Origin: an uncultured Chitinophagales bacterium
GTDB taxonomy: Bacteria > Bacteroidota > Bacteroidia > Chitinophagales > JAHDHT01
NCBI GenBank assembly: GCA_938023075.1
Contig: CALHDG010000126.1
Coordinates: forward strand, 21,838 to 85,837
DNA length: 64,000 bases
Direction: 5' to 3'
Made by a program: the position numbers and the translations under genes. Shown here piece by piece: positions 10,738 to 21,005 of this stretch. Below the pieces are notes generated by a model. It was not told where the DNA came from. It ran no database searches and was given only the letters and a program-made list of their open reading frames with translations. Every line of letters begins with the position of its first letter. Positions within the stretch are counted from its first letter, which is position 1.

Positions 10738-11055
10738 ATGATTTGGGTTGATTCTGAAAATATAGACCTTAAAACGACTTTAAATTTACCTTTTATTGGT
10801 CAGTTTTTTCTTTTTATTGTTGCGGGCTTACCTCCATTTGGTGTTACGATTGTTTTAAGTTATTTATTTCAACTGAATGATGAAATCTCAGGCAATTTGC
10901 TTCTAACAACATTATACATTTGGTGTCATATTTTATGGAAATTAGATGTAAAAATATATATCATACTGTTTCCTGCTTGGATATTGTTATTAATTGGGTT
11001 TTTGATTTTAAATTTTGAAATACTTTCAGAATTTTTTAAATCATTTTCTGTTTAA
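10738..11055 (+). CDS. Hypothetical small membrane protein (weak call)
   Basis: 105-aa ORF with 2-3 hydrophobic segments. No recognisable family and very AT-rich, so it could be spurious. Confidence 0.3.
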   Translation: MIWVDSENIDLKTTLNLPFIGQFFLFIVAGLPPFGVTIVLSYLFQLNDEISGNLLLTTLYIWCHILWKLDVKIYIILFPAWILLLIGFLILNFEILSEFFKSFSV

Positions 11056-11618
11056 TCAATTTCATCGCTTATCACCCCAACTACTTTAAAAGCATTACCT
11101 TGCTGACTAATTAAATTTTGCTGTATGTCAATTGAATAGCCTTGCGTAGGTTGATAAAGTAAGAATTCTGTTGATTGAGTAATAAAGTTTTCTTGTCGAT
11201 TGCGAATTTCTATTTTCTCAATCTTGCTTAAATTTGAAGTAGTGTAATGTATGGAAAGTGCTTCTACTTTATTTTTTGTTTTGAGTGATTGGTATTGGAT
11301 AATGTTGACATTGGTATCTACCTGATAGGTTGCATAAAGCGTCGGTTTATTGATGTTACTCGACGAAAAAACTTGTAATTCTTTTTGCCAATCAGGCTTT
11401 TGAATAAAGAGTGTATCGGAAGTATCATTGGCATAAATAATTTTTTTCAGCGTTTTGTTTTGTTTATTTAATTGTTCAATTTCATTTTGTACAAACTGAT
11501 GCATATCAAAATATTGAATACTATCAGTTTGTATTTCATTGGAATCTTGACACGAAAAGGCAATCATCAAAGCTAAAAACCCAAATACTGTACTTAGTCT
11601 ATTGCGCATGTTTTTCAA
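11052..11618 (-). CDS. Hypothetical lipoprotein
   Basis: Signal peptide with a lipobox-like ALMIAFSC. The gene overlaps the gpmI stop, which suggests an operon arrangement. Confidence 0.55.
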   Translation of the reverse strand: MKNMRNRLSTVFGFLALMIAFSCQDSNEIQTDSIQYFDMHQFVQNEIEQLNKQNKTLKKIIYANDTSDTLFIQKPDWQKELQVFSSSNINKPTLYATYQVDTNVNIIQYQSLKTKNKVEALSIHYTTSNLSKIEKIEIRNRQENFITQSTEFLLYQPTQGYSIDIQQNLISQQGNAFKVVGVISDEID

Positions 11619-13131
11619 TTATGATATTTCCATCCATTTCATTTGGAGCCTCTATTTCCATTAAGGATAATATAGATGGTGCGATGTCTGCTAATTTGCC
11701 TGATTCGGCGGTATATGCAGTATCTGCCACAATAATTGGAACCAAGTTGGTGGTATGTGCAGTATTGGGGCTTCCATCTTTATTAATCATAAAGTCAGCA
11801 TTGCCATGATCTGCAATAATAATTGGAATATATTGATTTTGTTGCGCAGCCTTGACTACTTCACCTAAACAAGTATCTACCGTTTCAACAGCTTGTTGGG
11901 CTGCCTCAAATACGCCGGTATGTCCAACCATATCTGCATTTGCATAATTAACGACTATAAAATGCGCTTCATTTTTTTGTATGGCTTCAATTAAACGTTC
12001 CGTAACTTCAGCGGCACTCATTGATGGCTGCAAATCATAAGTTGCCACTTTGGGCGAGTTGATTAAAATTCGTTCTTCGCCTTCAAAAGGAGCTTCTCGC
12101 CCTCCCGAAAAAAAGTAAGTAACGTGTGGATATTTTTCCGTTTCAGCGATTCGTAATTGTTTTAACCCTTGTTGTGCAATTATCTCTCCAATTGTCTTAG
12201 TAATATCTTCTTTTCTTAAAATGACCGATACCTCTTTAAAACTTTCATCATACTCGGTTAAGGTATAATAAGAAAAGGATAGTTTATGCATATTAAATGC
12301 TGGAAAATCTTTTTGGGTAAAGGCTTCAGAAATTTGCCGGCAACGATCTGTTCTAAAATTAAAACAAGCCACTACATCGCCTTCTTTTATTCTGCCTACT
12401 GCTTCTCCGTTTTTTTTGATTTCAAAAATAGGATGCATAAATTCATCGGTAATATCCAAATCATAAAAGCCTTGAATGGTTTCAGTGAAATTTGAAGTAG
12501 GTGAGCCCAACCCTTCAATTAATAATTTATAGGCTTCCCGAATTCGTTCCCAACGCTTGTCTCTATCCATCGCATAATAACGACCAATTACCGAAACTAA
12601 CTTTGCCGGATAATTTTCATTAAATGCCTCTATATCTCTCACAAAATCAATACCTGATTTGGGGTCGGTATCTCTGCCATCTAAAAATGTGTGTAAGTAT
12701 ATTTGAGGAACCCCTAATTGATGAAGGGATTTAATCATCGCTTTTACATGATCAATATGCGAATGTATACCTCCATCGCTCAATAAACCCATTAAATGAA
12801 AAGGCACTTGGCGTTCAATAGCTTGCTGTGCGGCTTCCTGAAATGCTCTATTATTTGAAAATTCACCATGTTTAGCAATCGAGTTAATTCTTGCTAATTC
12901 TTGCTGCACTACCCTGCCGGCACCCAAGTTTAAATGCCCAACCTCCGAATTGCCCATTTGCCCCTTTGGCAAGCCCACTGCTTCTCCAAAAGTAGTTAAA
13001 GTAGCATCGCTATATCCGCTTTTTAAACTATCAAAAACCGGTGTGTTGGCTTTGTTAATGGCATCCGCTTTGGGTATTTTCCCAATTCCCCAACCATCCA
13101 GAATTATTAAAATTACTTTTTTAAATCTCAA
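11599..13131 (-). CDS. gpmI: 2,3-bisphosphoglycerate-independent phosphoglycerate mutase
   Basis: 510 aa. Contains ILDGWG, GNSEVGHLNLGAGR and ADHGNAD metal-site motifs typical of iPGM. Confidence 0.9.
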   Translation of the reverse strand: MRFKKVILIILDGWGIGKIPKADAINKANTPVFDSLKSGYSDATLTTFGEAVGLPKGQMGNSEVGHLNLGAGRVVQQELARINSIAKHGEFSNNRAFQEAAQQAIERQVPFHLMGLLSDGGIHSHIDHVKAMIKSLHQLGVPQIYLHTFLDGRDTDPKSGIDFVRDIEAFNENYPAKLVSVIGRYYAMDRDKRWERIREAYKLLIEGLGSPTSNFTETIQGFYDLDITDEFMHPIFEIKKNGEAVGRIKEGDVVACFNFRTDRCRQISEAFTQKDFPAFNMHKLSFSYYTLTEYDESFKEVSVILRKEDITKTIGEIIAQQGLKQLRIAETEKYPHVTYFFSGGREAPFEGEERILINSPKVATYDLQPSMSAAEVTERLIEAIQKNEAHFIVVNYANADMVGHTGVFEAAQQAVETVDTCLGEVVKAAQQNQYIPIIIADHGNADFMINKDGSPNTAHTTNLVPIIVADTAYTAESGKLADIAPSILSLMEIEAPNEMDGNIIIEKHAQ

Positions 13132-13376
13132 TTTTTTTTAATTAATCTTAAAAAGATGTTTTTGTAAGTCTAATAGTTTACTCTTTTTACAAAAGTGATA
13201 AAATTTAAATGAATATCATCAAATCGGTTGATTATTTATGTTATTTTTAAACTTTAAAAAGAAATATCAGTCTTAAAGGAAAATATTTTTTGTCATTATT
13301 TAACCTAAACACCATATTGGCATAAATTATGTTATTAGTTTTATATCAAACACATCAACCATACTATTTACTAATT

Positions 13377-13766
13377 ATGAGAGCGTTATTAATTCCATTA
13401 TTTTTCATATTTGTAGGTTTTACTACTTCCGTAAATGCAAATGGTATTATAGACAGTATTGGAAAACTTATTATTGCTAATAATACACAAGAACTTTGCA
13501 ATTTTATTAATGAAAATATAGACATTACCATTATTGATGAAGACCAAACCTATAGCAAATATCAAGCTATGCAGGTGTTAAATGAGTTTTTCAAAAAACA
13601 TCAAATATTAAATTTTGAAATTTTGCATAGAGGTAACTCGGGAAACAATTCAGAATTTGCCATTGCGCATATTAATACCGATAAAAACGCTTTTAGAGCT
13701 TATATTCTAATTAATAAGCTTGAAAAGTCTTATCAGTTGATCGAGTTACGTTTTGAAGAAGAATAA
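13377..13766 (+). CDS. Hypothetical secreted protein (possibly DUF4783-like)
   Basis: I prefer the start at MRALLIPLFFIFVGF, which gives a signal peptide. It is a small ~130-aa protein, and the family assignment is from memory only. Confidence 0.45.
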   Translation: MRALLIPLFFIFVGFTTSVNANGIIDSIGKLIIANNTQELCNFINENIDITIIDEDQTYSKYQAMQVLNEFFKKHQILNFEILHRGNSGNNSEFAIAHINTDKNAFRAYILINKLEKSYQLIELRFEEE

Positions 13767-13799
13767 TCAATTTATACCCTTACTACTCCTACAACATTT

Positions 13800-14777
13800 C
13801 TACAATTTAAAATGCTGAAAAGTTTGCGCAATGTTGAAACCATTTTTGTGTATTAGTTCATATTGCTCACTTTCAACATTTAAAGCCGGATTTGTATGAT
13901 TAAAATGAATGAAATAAATCTTTGCTTTTTCTTTTTTACTTAACCCGGCAAATCTTTGCATACTTTCAATAATAAAAGGATGCGGTATTTGACTAATATC
14001 TCTGTTGTTTACTTCTTGAGCGTCATAAAAAGTAGCATCTACAAACGCATAATCTACCTTAGCAATTTCTTTTTCAATCCACTTTTCCCAACGCTCCCAT
14101 TTATCAATATCTGGTATAAACAATGCTTTTTTAGATGGTCCTTGAATTAAATAACCCACCGTTTCAGAATATTCATCCCGATGCGGGACTGTAAAAGGTG
14201 TTACTTTCAAATTTGTAGATAATTCAAGCATTTTCTGATTAGATAATTCAAGTATTTGGATGTTTTGTTGGGTTACTAATTGATCCCAAGGTCCATTGTT
14301 TTCTAAAAAAATTTTCATGCGAGGCATAGCATAAACGGGTATATTTTTCGCTCCCATGGCTTCTTTTCCTAAATACATTAATCCTGTATAATGCCCAATA
14401 TGGGCGTGTGTTAAAAAAATACCATCCGGTGTTTCATTGTCTTCAAATTGAGTTGCCTCCTTCAGCCATTTCATTTGGATTGGTAAGTCGGGTGTCGCTT
14501 CAAATAAATAGGTTTTTTGATGAAGATTGTTTACAATACCTAAAGAAACCACTTTCCGGTTAAGTGAAGGTTGTTCGAACAAATTGCTACAACAAGTTTT
14601 TGTGCAAGCAATATGTGGCGAACCCGCATCTTGTAAAGTACCGAGAACAATTAAGTGAACTCCATCCTCTTTTACCGGTTCCACTTTTTTTTCTATAGTA
14701 ATATGTTTGGTTTGACAAGCCCCTATTGACATCAAAAATATGAATGTCAATATGTTAAATAGTATTTTATTTTTCAT
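13800..14777 (-). CDS. MBL-fold metallo-hydrolase (PqqB-like), secreted
   Basis: Signal peptide followed by the THAHIGHYTG metal-binding motif of the metallo-beta-lactamase fold. Confidence 0.75.
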   Translation of the reverse strand: MKNKILFNILTFIFLMSIGACQTKHITIEKKVEPVKEDGVHLIVLGTLQDAGSPHIACTKTCCSNLFEQPSLNRKVVSLGIVNNLHQKTYLFEATPDLPIQMKWLKEATQFEDNETPDGIFLTHAHIGHYTGLMYLGKEAMGAKNIPVYAMPRMKIFLENNGPWDQLVTQQNIQILELSNQKMLELSTNLKVTPFTVPHRDEYSETVGYLIQGPSKKALFIPDIDKWERWEKWIEKEIAKVDYAFVDATFYDAQEVNNRDISQIPHPFIIESMQRFAGLSKKEKAKIYFIHFNHTNPALNVESEQYELIHKNGFNIAQTFQHFKL

Positions 14778-15451
14778 ATAAAAATTTTCTCTTCTGAAAA
14801 AAGGGCACTTCCAATTCTTAACATAGTGCTTCCTGCTTCAATAGCTAATTCATAATCCCCACTCATACCCATCGATATTTCTTTAAAATGCGTATGGTTT
14901 TTAAAATAATGTGTTTTTAATTCATCAAATACTTCTTTAAGCCTTACAAACTCTTGTTTAACCTTTTTTTTATTATCTGTAAATGTTGCCATACCCATTA
15001 CCCCGCAACATGTAGTATGTTTATTTTTATCTAATTTAAAATATTCAATGAGGTCGGTTATTTTAGATTGATCAAATCCATATTTCGCCGTTTCTTCGGC
15101 AATATGAAATTGCAACAAATAGTTCACTATTTTTTTATGTTTAGATGCATGTTCATTAATCGCTTCTAACAAATTAAAACTATCTACACTATGTATCAGG
15201 CTAACATAAGGTATAATATGTTTGATCTTATTCGTCTGCAAATGCCCAATAAAATGCCACTCCATATCTTCCAATAGCGCTTTAGCTTTGTCTCTCAAAT
15301 CTAAGGCTCTATTCTCTCCATATACTTTTTGTCCTTGCCGGTACAAATCCATAACATCTTCAACTCCTCTTTTTTTGGTAACCGCAACTAATTGACAGTT
15401 GTGCTGAACACTAATTTTTTTAAAATGTTCTACCTTTGCAGCATTAACCAT
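14774..15451 (-). CDS. YggS-family pyridoxal-phosphate homeostasis protein
   Basis: 225 aa. Contains the VAVTKKR PLP-lysine region and a C-terminal SMGMSGDYELAIEAGSTMLRIGSALF signature. Confidence 0.85.
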   Translation of the reverse strand: MVNAAKVEHFKKISVQHNCQLVAVTKKRGVEDVMDLYRQGQKVYGENRALDLRDKAKALLEDMEWHFIGHLQTNKIKHIIPYVSLIHSVDSFNLLEAINEHASKHKKIVNYLLQFHIAEETAKYGFDQSKITDLIEYFKLDKNKHTTCCGVMGMATFTDNKKKVKQEFVRLKEVFDELKTHYFKNHTHFKEISMGMSGDYELAIEAGSTMLRIGSALFSEEKIFI

Positions 15452-15455
15452 AAGT

Positions 15456-15812
15456 ATGAAATATTTAACGTTCGTTTTATCTGCAAGTATACTTATTTTA
15501 TTTTTTATGATGGCTTGTTCATCTTCAGAAAATGATTTGCCACCTATTGATAAAGAGAAAATGCAAGCTATTTTAATGGATATGTATGTTGCCCAAGCTG
15601 CTGCCCAATTTAGGATGGTTAGTCAAGATAGCTTGCTGCGATCTCATAAATCTGAATATTATCCACAAATTTTGGCTACACACCAAATAACCGCATTAGA
15701 ATACGAAACGGCTTATGACTTTTATTTGAACCATCCAGAAACATTACACGAAATATACGATGCTATAATTGAAGAATTGACCAAAATGGAAGTAAAAAAG
15801 CAACCGGAATAG
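15456..15812 (+). CDS. Hypothetical lipoprotein (DUF4296-like)
   Basis: Signal peptide with lipobox (MMACSS). The small helical protein is reminiscent of DUF4296. Confidence 0.5.
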   Translation: MKYLTFVLSASILILFFMMACSSSENDLPPIDKEKMQAILMDMYVAQAAAQFRMVSQDSLLRSHKSEYYPQILATHQITALEYETAYDFYLNHPETLHEIYDAIIEELTKMEVKKQPE

Positions 15813-15877
15813 TTTAAGATAAACTTAACCTGTTTTTTGAATACTATAATCCTTATTTTAATGTTTAAAATCTTACC

Positions 15878-16255
15878 ATGAAAATAACAGCATATTATTT
15901 AAGTTTCATTTTTATCAGTCTAATACTGCTACAAGCTTGCGATAAGAAAGGCGAAACACCCCAAATAGAAATTGAAAAGTGCGGTGTAGAAAAACCTATG
16001 GAAGAGTTGGCGTGGTTAGCGACACAAAAAAACGGTTGTTTTGCCGATGCTAATTGTAAAACCCATTTTTATAAAGCCGTTCATAATTTTAAGGAAGTAT
16101 TTTATAATCAATTAGAAGGCGCACTTTGTACTCCCAATTTTGATATTACCCTTTTTAACTGCGATGGTCAACTAATTAAACGGTATGTTGAAAATGAAAA
16201 AGCACTATTTGAAAATGAAGTGACCGAAATTAAATTTTTAGAAGCTTGCGAATAG
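15878..16255 (+). CDS. Hypothetical lipoprotein
   Basis: Signal peptide with lipobox LLQAC. It is Cys-containing, 125 aa, with no recognised family. Confidence 0.5.
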   Translation: MKITAYYLSFIFISLILLQACDKKGETPQIEIEKCGVEKPMEELAWLATQKNGCFADANCKTHFYKAVHNFKEVFYNQLEGALCTPNFDITLFNCDGQLIKRYVENEKALFENEVTEIKFLEACE

Positions 16256-16552
16256 AGTTAGATAAATTTTATCAATATAGTTGATATACTTTTAATTGAA
16301 CACTGTAGTGGTCGCAAGTCATTTTTAGCCTTGTGGCACTTTTTTCTTCAAGTCTTTCAGACTTGTAGATTCTGCCCTAAACAAAGGCTACACCAATGCT
16401 AAAGATGACACCTTATTAGGAAAGATGTCACCTATTACTCCCGAACCAACTTCTCTACCTCAAGCAACATACCTTTTTCTTTAATCTGCAACACATACAC
16501 CCCGCTTTGCCAATATTAACCAATACTTTTATTAAGTTTACCGCCCAATCCA

Positions 16553-17479
16553 ATGCGATATTCCGTAATTATACCAGTTTTTAACAGTAAAGATACGTTG
16601 TTAGATGTAGCTGAAAGAATTTTCTATGTGTTTGATACCCTTCAAGAAAATGTGGACATTATTGTGGTAGAAGACGGCAGCAGCGATGAAAGTTGGCAAC
16701 AAATTCATATACTCAAACAAAAATATAGTGAACGTTTAACGGCTATTCGGCTATCTAAAAATTTTGGACAGCATCAGGCAATTTATTGTGGCTTGCATTA
16801 TGCCAAAGGCGAGTATCACATCACTATAGATGATGATGGGCAAAACCCGCCTGAAGAAATTCCTAAATTAATACAAGCTATAGCAGTTTCGAAAGTGGAG
16901 GAAAAGCCAGAATTAGTTTATGGGGTGTATGCACAAAAGCAACATCATTTTTTTAGAAATTGGTCAAGCAAGGTGGTGCAAATAGTATTCAGGTCTATCT
17001 TTAAAAATGAAGGACAGGTTACAGCTTTCCGTTGTATACATCATAAGCTTACTCAAAAAATCATCAATCAGCAACATAACAATATTTATTTAGATGGGCT
17101 ATTGCATTGGCATACCAATAAGGTAGCCTACACTTTGGTCAATCACGAAAAACGGCAAGCCGGTCAATCGGGATACAGTGCCCTTAAATTAATTAAGTTA
17201 GCAACTAACTTGATCTTCAACTTTACTACTTTACCCCTTCGGTTTTTGGTTTTTTTTGGAGCCATTAGTTCGGTCATCAGCTTTTTGTTAGGCTTGTATT
17301 ATATTATCAGAAGGTTTATTTGGGATGATGCCCCAATGGGTTTTACTCCCTTAATGGTCTCTATCTTTTTTCTTGCAAGTGCCCTAATGTTTGGCTTAGG
17401 GGTAATAGCTGAATACTTAAGAAGAATTTACAGTAATCAAAATAATGAACCCGCTTATTCAATAGATACCATTTTATAA
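16553..17479 (+). CDS. Family-2 glycosyltransferase (polyprenyl-phosphate sugar transferase type)
   Basis: Contains IIPVFN, VEDGSSDES and TIDDDGQNPPEE motifs, plus two C-terminal TM helices as in the GtrB/ArnC-like enzymes. Confidence 0.85.
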   Translation: MRYSVIIPVFNSKDTLLDVAERIFYVFDTLQENVDIIVVEDGSSDESWQQIHILKQKYSERLTAIRLSKNFGQHQAIYCGLHYAKGEYHITIDDDGQNPPEEIPKLIQAIAVSKVEEKPELVYGVYAQKQHHFFRNWSSKVVQIVFRSIFKNEGQVTAFRCIHHKLTQKIINQQHNNIYLDGLLHWHTNKVAYTLVNHEKRQAGQSGYSALKLIKLATNLIFNFTTLPLRFLVFFGAISSVISFLLGLYYIIRRFIWDDAPMGFTPLMVSIFFLASALMFGLGVIAEYLRRIYSNQNNEPAYSIDTIL

Positions 17480-17481
17480 GG

Positions 17482-18372
17482 ATGATTCAAATTAACATTG
17501 CCGGTCCTACTCATTTTGAAGAAATGGCTGCTTTTATTGCCACTCATAATGCTACACCAAGCCAGCATCATTTACATTGTGGGCAAAGCAAAAAAGAGGT
17601 ATGGGCAGATCTAAAAGACTACCACAGCAGAAACGAAGAACGGTTTTTGCTGGCTTTTAAAAATGATCAATTAATTGGCTTAATTGGGGGAGACAGCGAC
17701 CATAATCCACTAACCGAAATTTGGTTGTGGGGTCCTTTTGTCGATCAATCGGCACCAACTGATTTAAAACAACTATTGTTTAATCAGCTGCGAACTACTT
17801 TTCCAACAATAAAAAAGATGACCGCTTTTTACAATATTGAAAACACCTCAGCACAAAGCTTTTATCAACAACAAGGTTTTAAAGAGGCTAAAGAAGCCAC
17901 GCACGAATATGTCTGTTTGCAAAACAACTATCTTCAATTGACCAATCTCGTTGCTCCAAAAACACATAAAGCAATTAATTACACGCCATCATACCTAAAA
18001 CCTTTACAAAAGCTACACGAAAAAGCATTTCCAAAAACTTACTATACTGTTGATGAAATGATTAAGCTGCAAAGTGAAACCTATAAACTTTGGTTAATTG
18101 TCAGTTCAAACCAACTAATAGCATACATTTTTTGCAATATTACCCCAAGCAATGAAGGTTTTATTCATTTTTTAGCGGTTGATGAACAATACAGAAAACA
18201 AGGCTTGGGTAGTACGCTATTACAAAAGGCTTTGCTTTTCTTTTTTAAAGAAAAAAAACTGAAATCGACCTATTTAACGGTTTCAGATACAAATAATGCT
18301 CGAAACTTATATGAAAAGCATGGCTTTAGTTTAAGATACACTGGTAAAGGTGCTTTTATGACTGTGGACTAA
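17482..18372 (+). CDS. GNAT-family N-acetyltransferase (two acetyltransferase-like halves)
   Basis: The C-terminal half carries the acetyl-CoA motif AVDEQYRKQGLGSTLL. The N-terminal half has FYQQQGF. The gene starts 2 nt after the GT2 stop. Confidence 0.7.
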   Translation: MIQINIAGPTHFEEMAAFIATHNATPSQHHLHCGQSKKEVWADLKDYHSRNEERFLLAFKNDQLIGLIGGDSDHNPLTEIWLWGPFVDQSAPTDLKQLLFNQLRTTFPTIKKMTAFYNIENTSAQSFYQQQGFKEAKEATHEYVCLQNNYLQLTNLVAPKTHKAINYTPSYLKPLQKLHEKAFPKTYYTVDEMIKLQSETYKLWLIVSSNQLIAYIFCNITPSNEGFIHFLAVDEQYRKQGLGSTLLQKALLFFFKEKKLKSTYLTVSDTNNARNLYEKHGFSLRYTGKGAFMTVD

Positions 18373-18442
18373 AATTTGTAATTTTAGTCATTATAATTGC
18401 TTAAATATGTGTTAATTATAACCAATTTGTATCACATTTTTT

Positions 18443-18450
18443 TACTTTTG
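18443..18450 (+). promoter_or_regulatory. Bacteroidota-type -7 promoter box TAnnTTTG
   Basis: tacttttg lies 24 nt upstream of the ATG at 18475. Confidence 0.4.
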
Positions 18451-18474
18451 TGAAAAATAAGCTTTTAAGGAAAA

Positions 18475-19722
18475 ATGAAAAATTTGAAGTACATCATTCT
18501 TTTGTTTTCGTCTATCTTTTTATTTGCCATTTCTTGCGATGTAATGGATACTGCACCAAATCCAAATTTGGTATTAATAAAACCTAACGCACTGCTCAAT
18601 GAAGAAGAATTGGCACTTCATTTAGATGGAGATGCTGTATTTAATAAGTCGTTTACTAAAGAAGAAGGCGTAGGTCCGGTGTTTATCGCTACTACCTGCC
18701 GCAGTTGCCATTTTAATGGGGGTAAAGGTCATCCGTTTAACGAAATAATACGTTTTGGTAACTGGGACGAACACGGGCATTTTACCGAAATGCACGATAA
18801 AAGCGGACCACAACTACAATACCGCTCTATTGACGGTTACCCAGAAGAAGAAGTGCCCGATGAAGCCGATGGTGTGGTTCATTTAAATCCACCAGCACTT
18901 GGTGGTTTAGGCTTGTTAGAAGCGATAAGTGATGAGCAAATTATGAGTTGGGCAGACCCTGAAGATATTGATGGCGATGGTATTTCGGGTAGAGTACCTT
19001 ATGTGGTGCCGCCGGCTTATGCACACAACCGTTTTATACTTCCCAATCCGTTTAAAAGAGAAGATGGACGAATGCTTGGTCGTTTTGGTAAAAAATCGTT
19101 TAGTGTTAACCTGTTTCAGCAAGCAGCCCGTGCTTTAAATGAAGATTTGGGTATGACCACTTCTGCAGAAAATCACGATCCTTTTAACTGGAAAGCACCA
19201 AAAGAAATTCAAGAAATCGGAGACGGCGTTCCTAATCCTGAAGTATCCGATAAGATGTTGGAAGCCTTAACTTTCTTTTTGCGTTCAACTGCACCGCCAC
19301 CTCGCCGTGAAGTAACTAATAACAATGTAGTGGAAGGGGAGAAATTATTTATTGCAACCGGCTGTGTTAAATGTCATCGAGATAGTTTTACAACAGGTGA
19401 AACCGCCTTTGAATTCTTAAGCAATAAAACCTTTCATCCTTATACCGATATGTTGTTACACGATATGGGACCGGGTTTAGATGATGGTTATACCGAAGGA
19501 GATGCCAAAACTTTTGAATGGCGCACACCGCCTTTATGGGGCTTGGGTTTAGCCGAAGAATCGCAAGGTGGAACGGGCTATTATATGCACGATGGCAGAG
19601 CAACTACTTTATACGATGCTATACAGGCGCACGGTGGTGAAGCAGATATCATCAAACAAAATTTTAATGCGCTTACTGGTGTTGAGCAAGATCAAATTAT
19701 TTGTTTTTTAAGATCTTTATAA
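18475..19722 (+). CDS. Di-haem oxidoreductase/peroxidase-like protein (DUF1111 type)
   Basis: Signal peptide with lipobox-like AISC, and two CXXCH haem motifs (CRSCH, CVKCH). The overall layout resembles DUF1111 proteins. Confidence 0.75.
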   Translation: MKNLKYIILLFSSIFLFAISCDVMDTAPNPNLVLIKPNALLNEEELALHLDGDAVFNKSFTKEEGVGPVFIATTCRSCHFNGGKGHPFNEIIRFGNWDEHGHFTEMHDKSGPQLQYRSIDGYPEEEVPDEADGVVHLNPPALGGLGLLEAISDEQIMSWADPEDIDGDGISGRVPYVVPPAYAHNRFILPNPFKREDGRMLGRFGKKSFSVNLFQQAARALNEDLGMTTSAENHDPFNWKAPKEIQEIGDGVPNPEVSDKMLEALTFFLRSTAPPPRREVTNNNVVEGEKLFIATGCVKCHRDSFTTGETAFEFLSNKTFHPYTDMLLHDMGPGLDDGYTEGDAKTFEWRTPPLWGLGLAEESQGGTGYYMHDGRATTLYDAIQAHGGEADIIKQNFNALTGVEQDQIICFLRSL

Positions 19723-19725
19723 ACT

Positions 19726-20934
19726 TTGTTGTATTTCATCAAAACTCACAAAATTAAGGCTATCTCGCTTGGTAGCAAAGTGCTAAGTACGTTTGTTTTT
19801 TGTTTTACGATTAATTGCTTAATTGCTCAAATTGATAAACATCAAATCACAGCGGATTTTGATAGACAATTGTATAAACCTGCTAAGTTTTTATTTATAG
19901 GCGGTTATGCTCACGCTTCACTTGAAGCTTTTCAAAGAGAAGGCGTTACCGATAGTATTAAAGCCAATTTAGATAAAATAGGACTTGCTGCACAACTAAA
20001 TTTGGCAAAGGGTTTACACGTGTTTAGTGAAACCGAATATAATTTTTTAGATAAAAAGGTTCATTTTACGAATCTCTTTTTAAGTTACCAACCGGCTGAA
20101 AGTTGGGGAATTCGGGCTGGTTTTATTAACATACCAATTGGGCATTTTAACCGCTACCACATTATTGCCGATAAAAGTTTTTTAACCGAACCGAAACTAA
20201 CTACTGATTTGCTACCGGTTATTTATAGTGATGCCGGTTTTGGTTTTTTTGGCACCTTAGGTAAAGAGATCGATTGTAAATTCACCTACGAGCTCAATTT
20301 TATTGAGGGCATTGGAGAGCAAATTTTATACACGCCATCGGCAAATACAGAAATGCAATTAAGCAAAAACAATGAATTGCGTTTAAACGATAATAACAAA
20401 AACTTAATGGTCAACGGTCGATTCGCTTTTACCGAACCGGATATTTTTGAGATGGGTGCCTCCTTTTTATCTGGTAGATACAGTAATGAAGCGTCTGACA
20501 CGATAAGAGATATACAAATTTATGCACTCGATTTTATGTTGAAGCAAGGTCAACTAAAAATGCAATCGGAAGTAGCTATGAATGTGGTGGATATTCCAAG
20601 TAATATGATGGAGCTTTATGCAGATCAACAATGGGGTACTTATGTTGATTTAATTTATCGGGCATACAGTTACCAACCCAAAAAATTAAACCAAGCCTTA
20701 ACGTTAGATTTAGCTTTTCGTTTTGACTATGTAGACTTAAGCAATGGTTATTTCAACAAAACCAGAGAAAAGATAACCAACGATTATTACAAAGTAACCG
20801 GCGGCTTAGTATTTCGCCCCATCCCAAAAACAGCCATTATCTTAAATGCAAGCTACCAATGGTTTTCTGACTTATTGGGTAACCCACCTAAGCGTACTTC
20901 TGGGTTTGAGTTTGGGGTGGCTTCTTATTTTTGA
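19726..20934 (+). CDS. Putative outer-membrane beta-barrel protein
   Basis: TTG start 3 nt after the upstream stop. It has an N-terminal hydrophobic segment, alternating amphipathic strands and a C-terminal aromatic residue (GVASYF). Confidence 0.5.
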   Translation: MLYFIKTHKIKAISLGSKVLSTFVFCFTINCLIAQIDKHQITADFDRQLYKPAKFLFIGGYAHASLEAFQREGVTDSIKANLDKIGLAAQLNLAKGLHVFSETEYNFLDKKVHFTNLFLSYQPAESWGIRAGFINIPIGHFNRYHIIADKSFLTEPKLTTDLLPVIYSDAGFGFFGTLGKEIDCKFTYELNFIEGIGEQILYTPSANTEMQLSKNNELRLNDNNKNLMVNGRFAFTEPDIFEMGASFLSGRYSNEASDTIRDIQIYALDFMLKQGQLKMQSEVAMNVVDIPSNMMELYADQQWGTYVDLIYRAYSYQPKKLNQALTLDLAFRFDYVDLSNGYFNKTREKITNDYYKVTGGLVFRPIPKTAIILNASYQWFSDLLGNPPKRTSGFEFGVASYF

Positions 20935-21005
20935 GTTTACCTAACTAATGAATAAATTAAATATTTTTTTTGAATATGATATAAAAATATTTATCAAGCT
21001 GCCTA

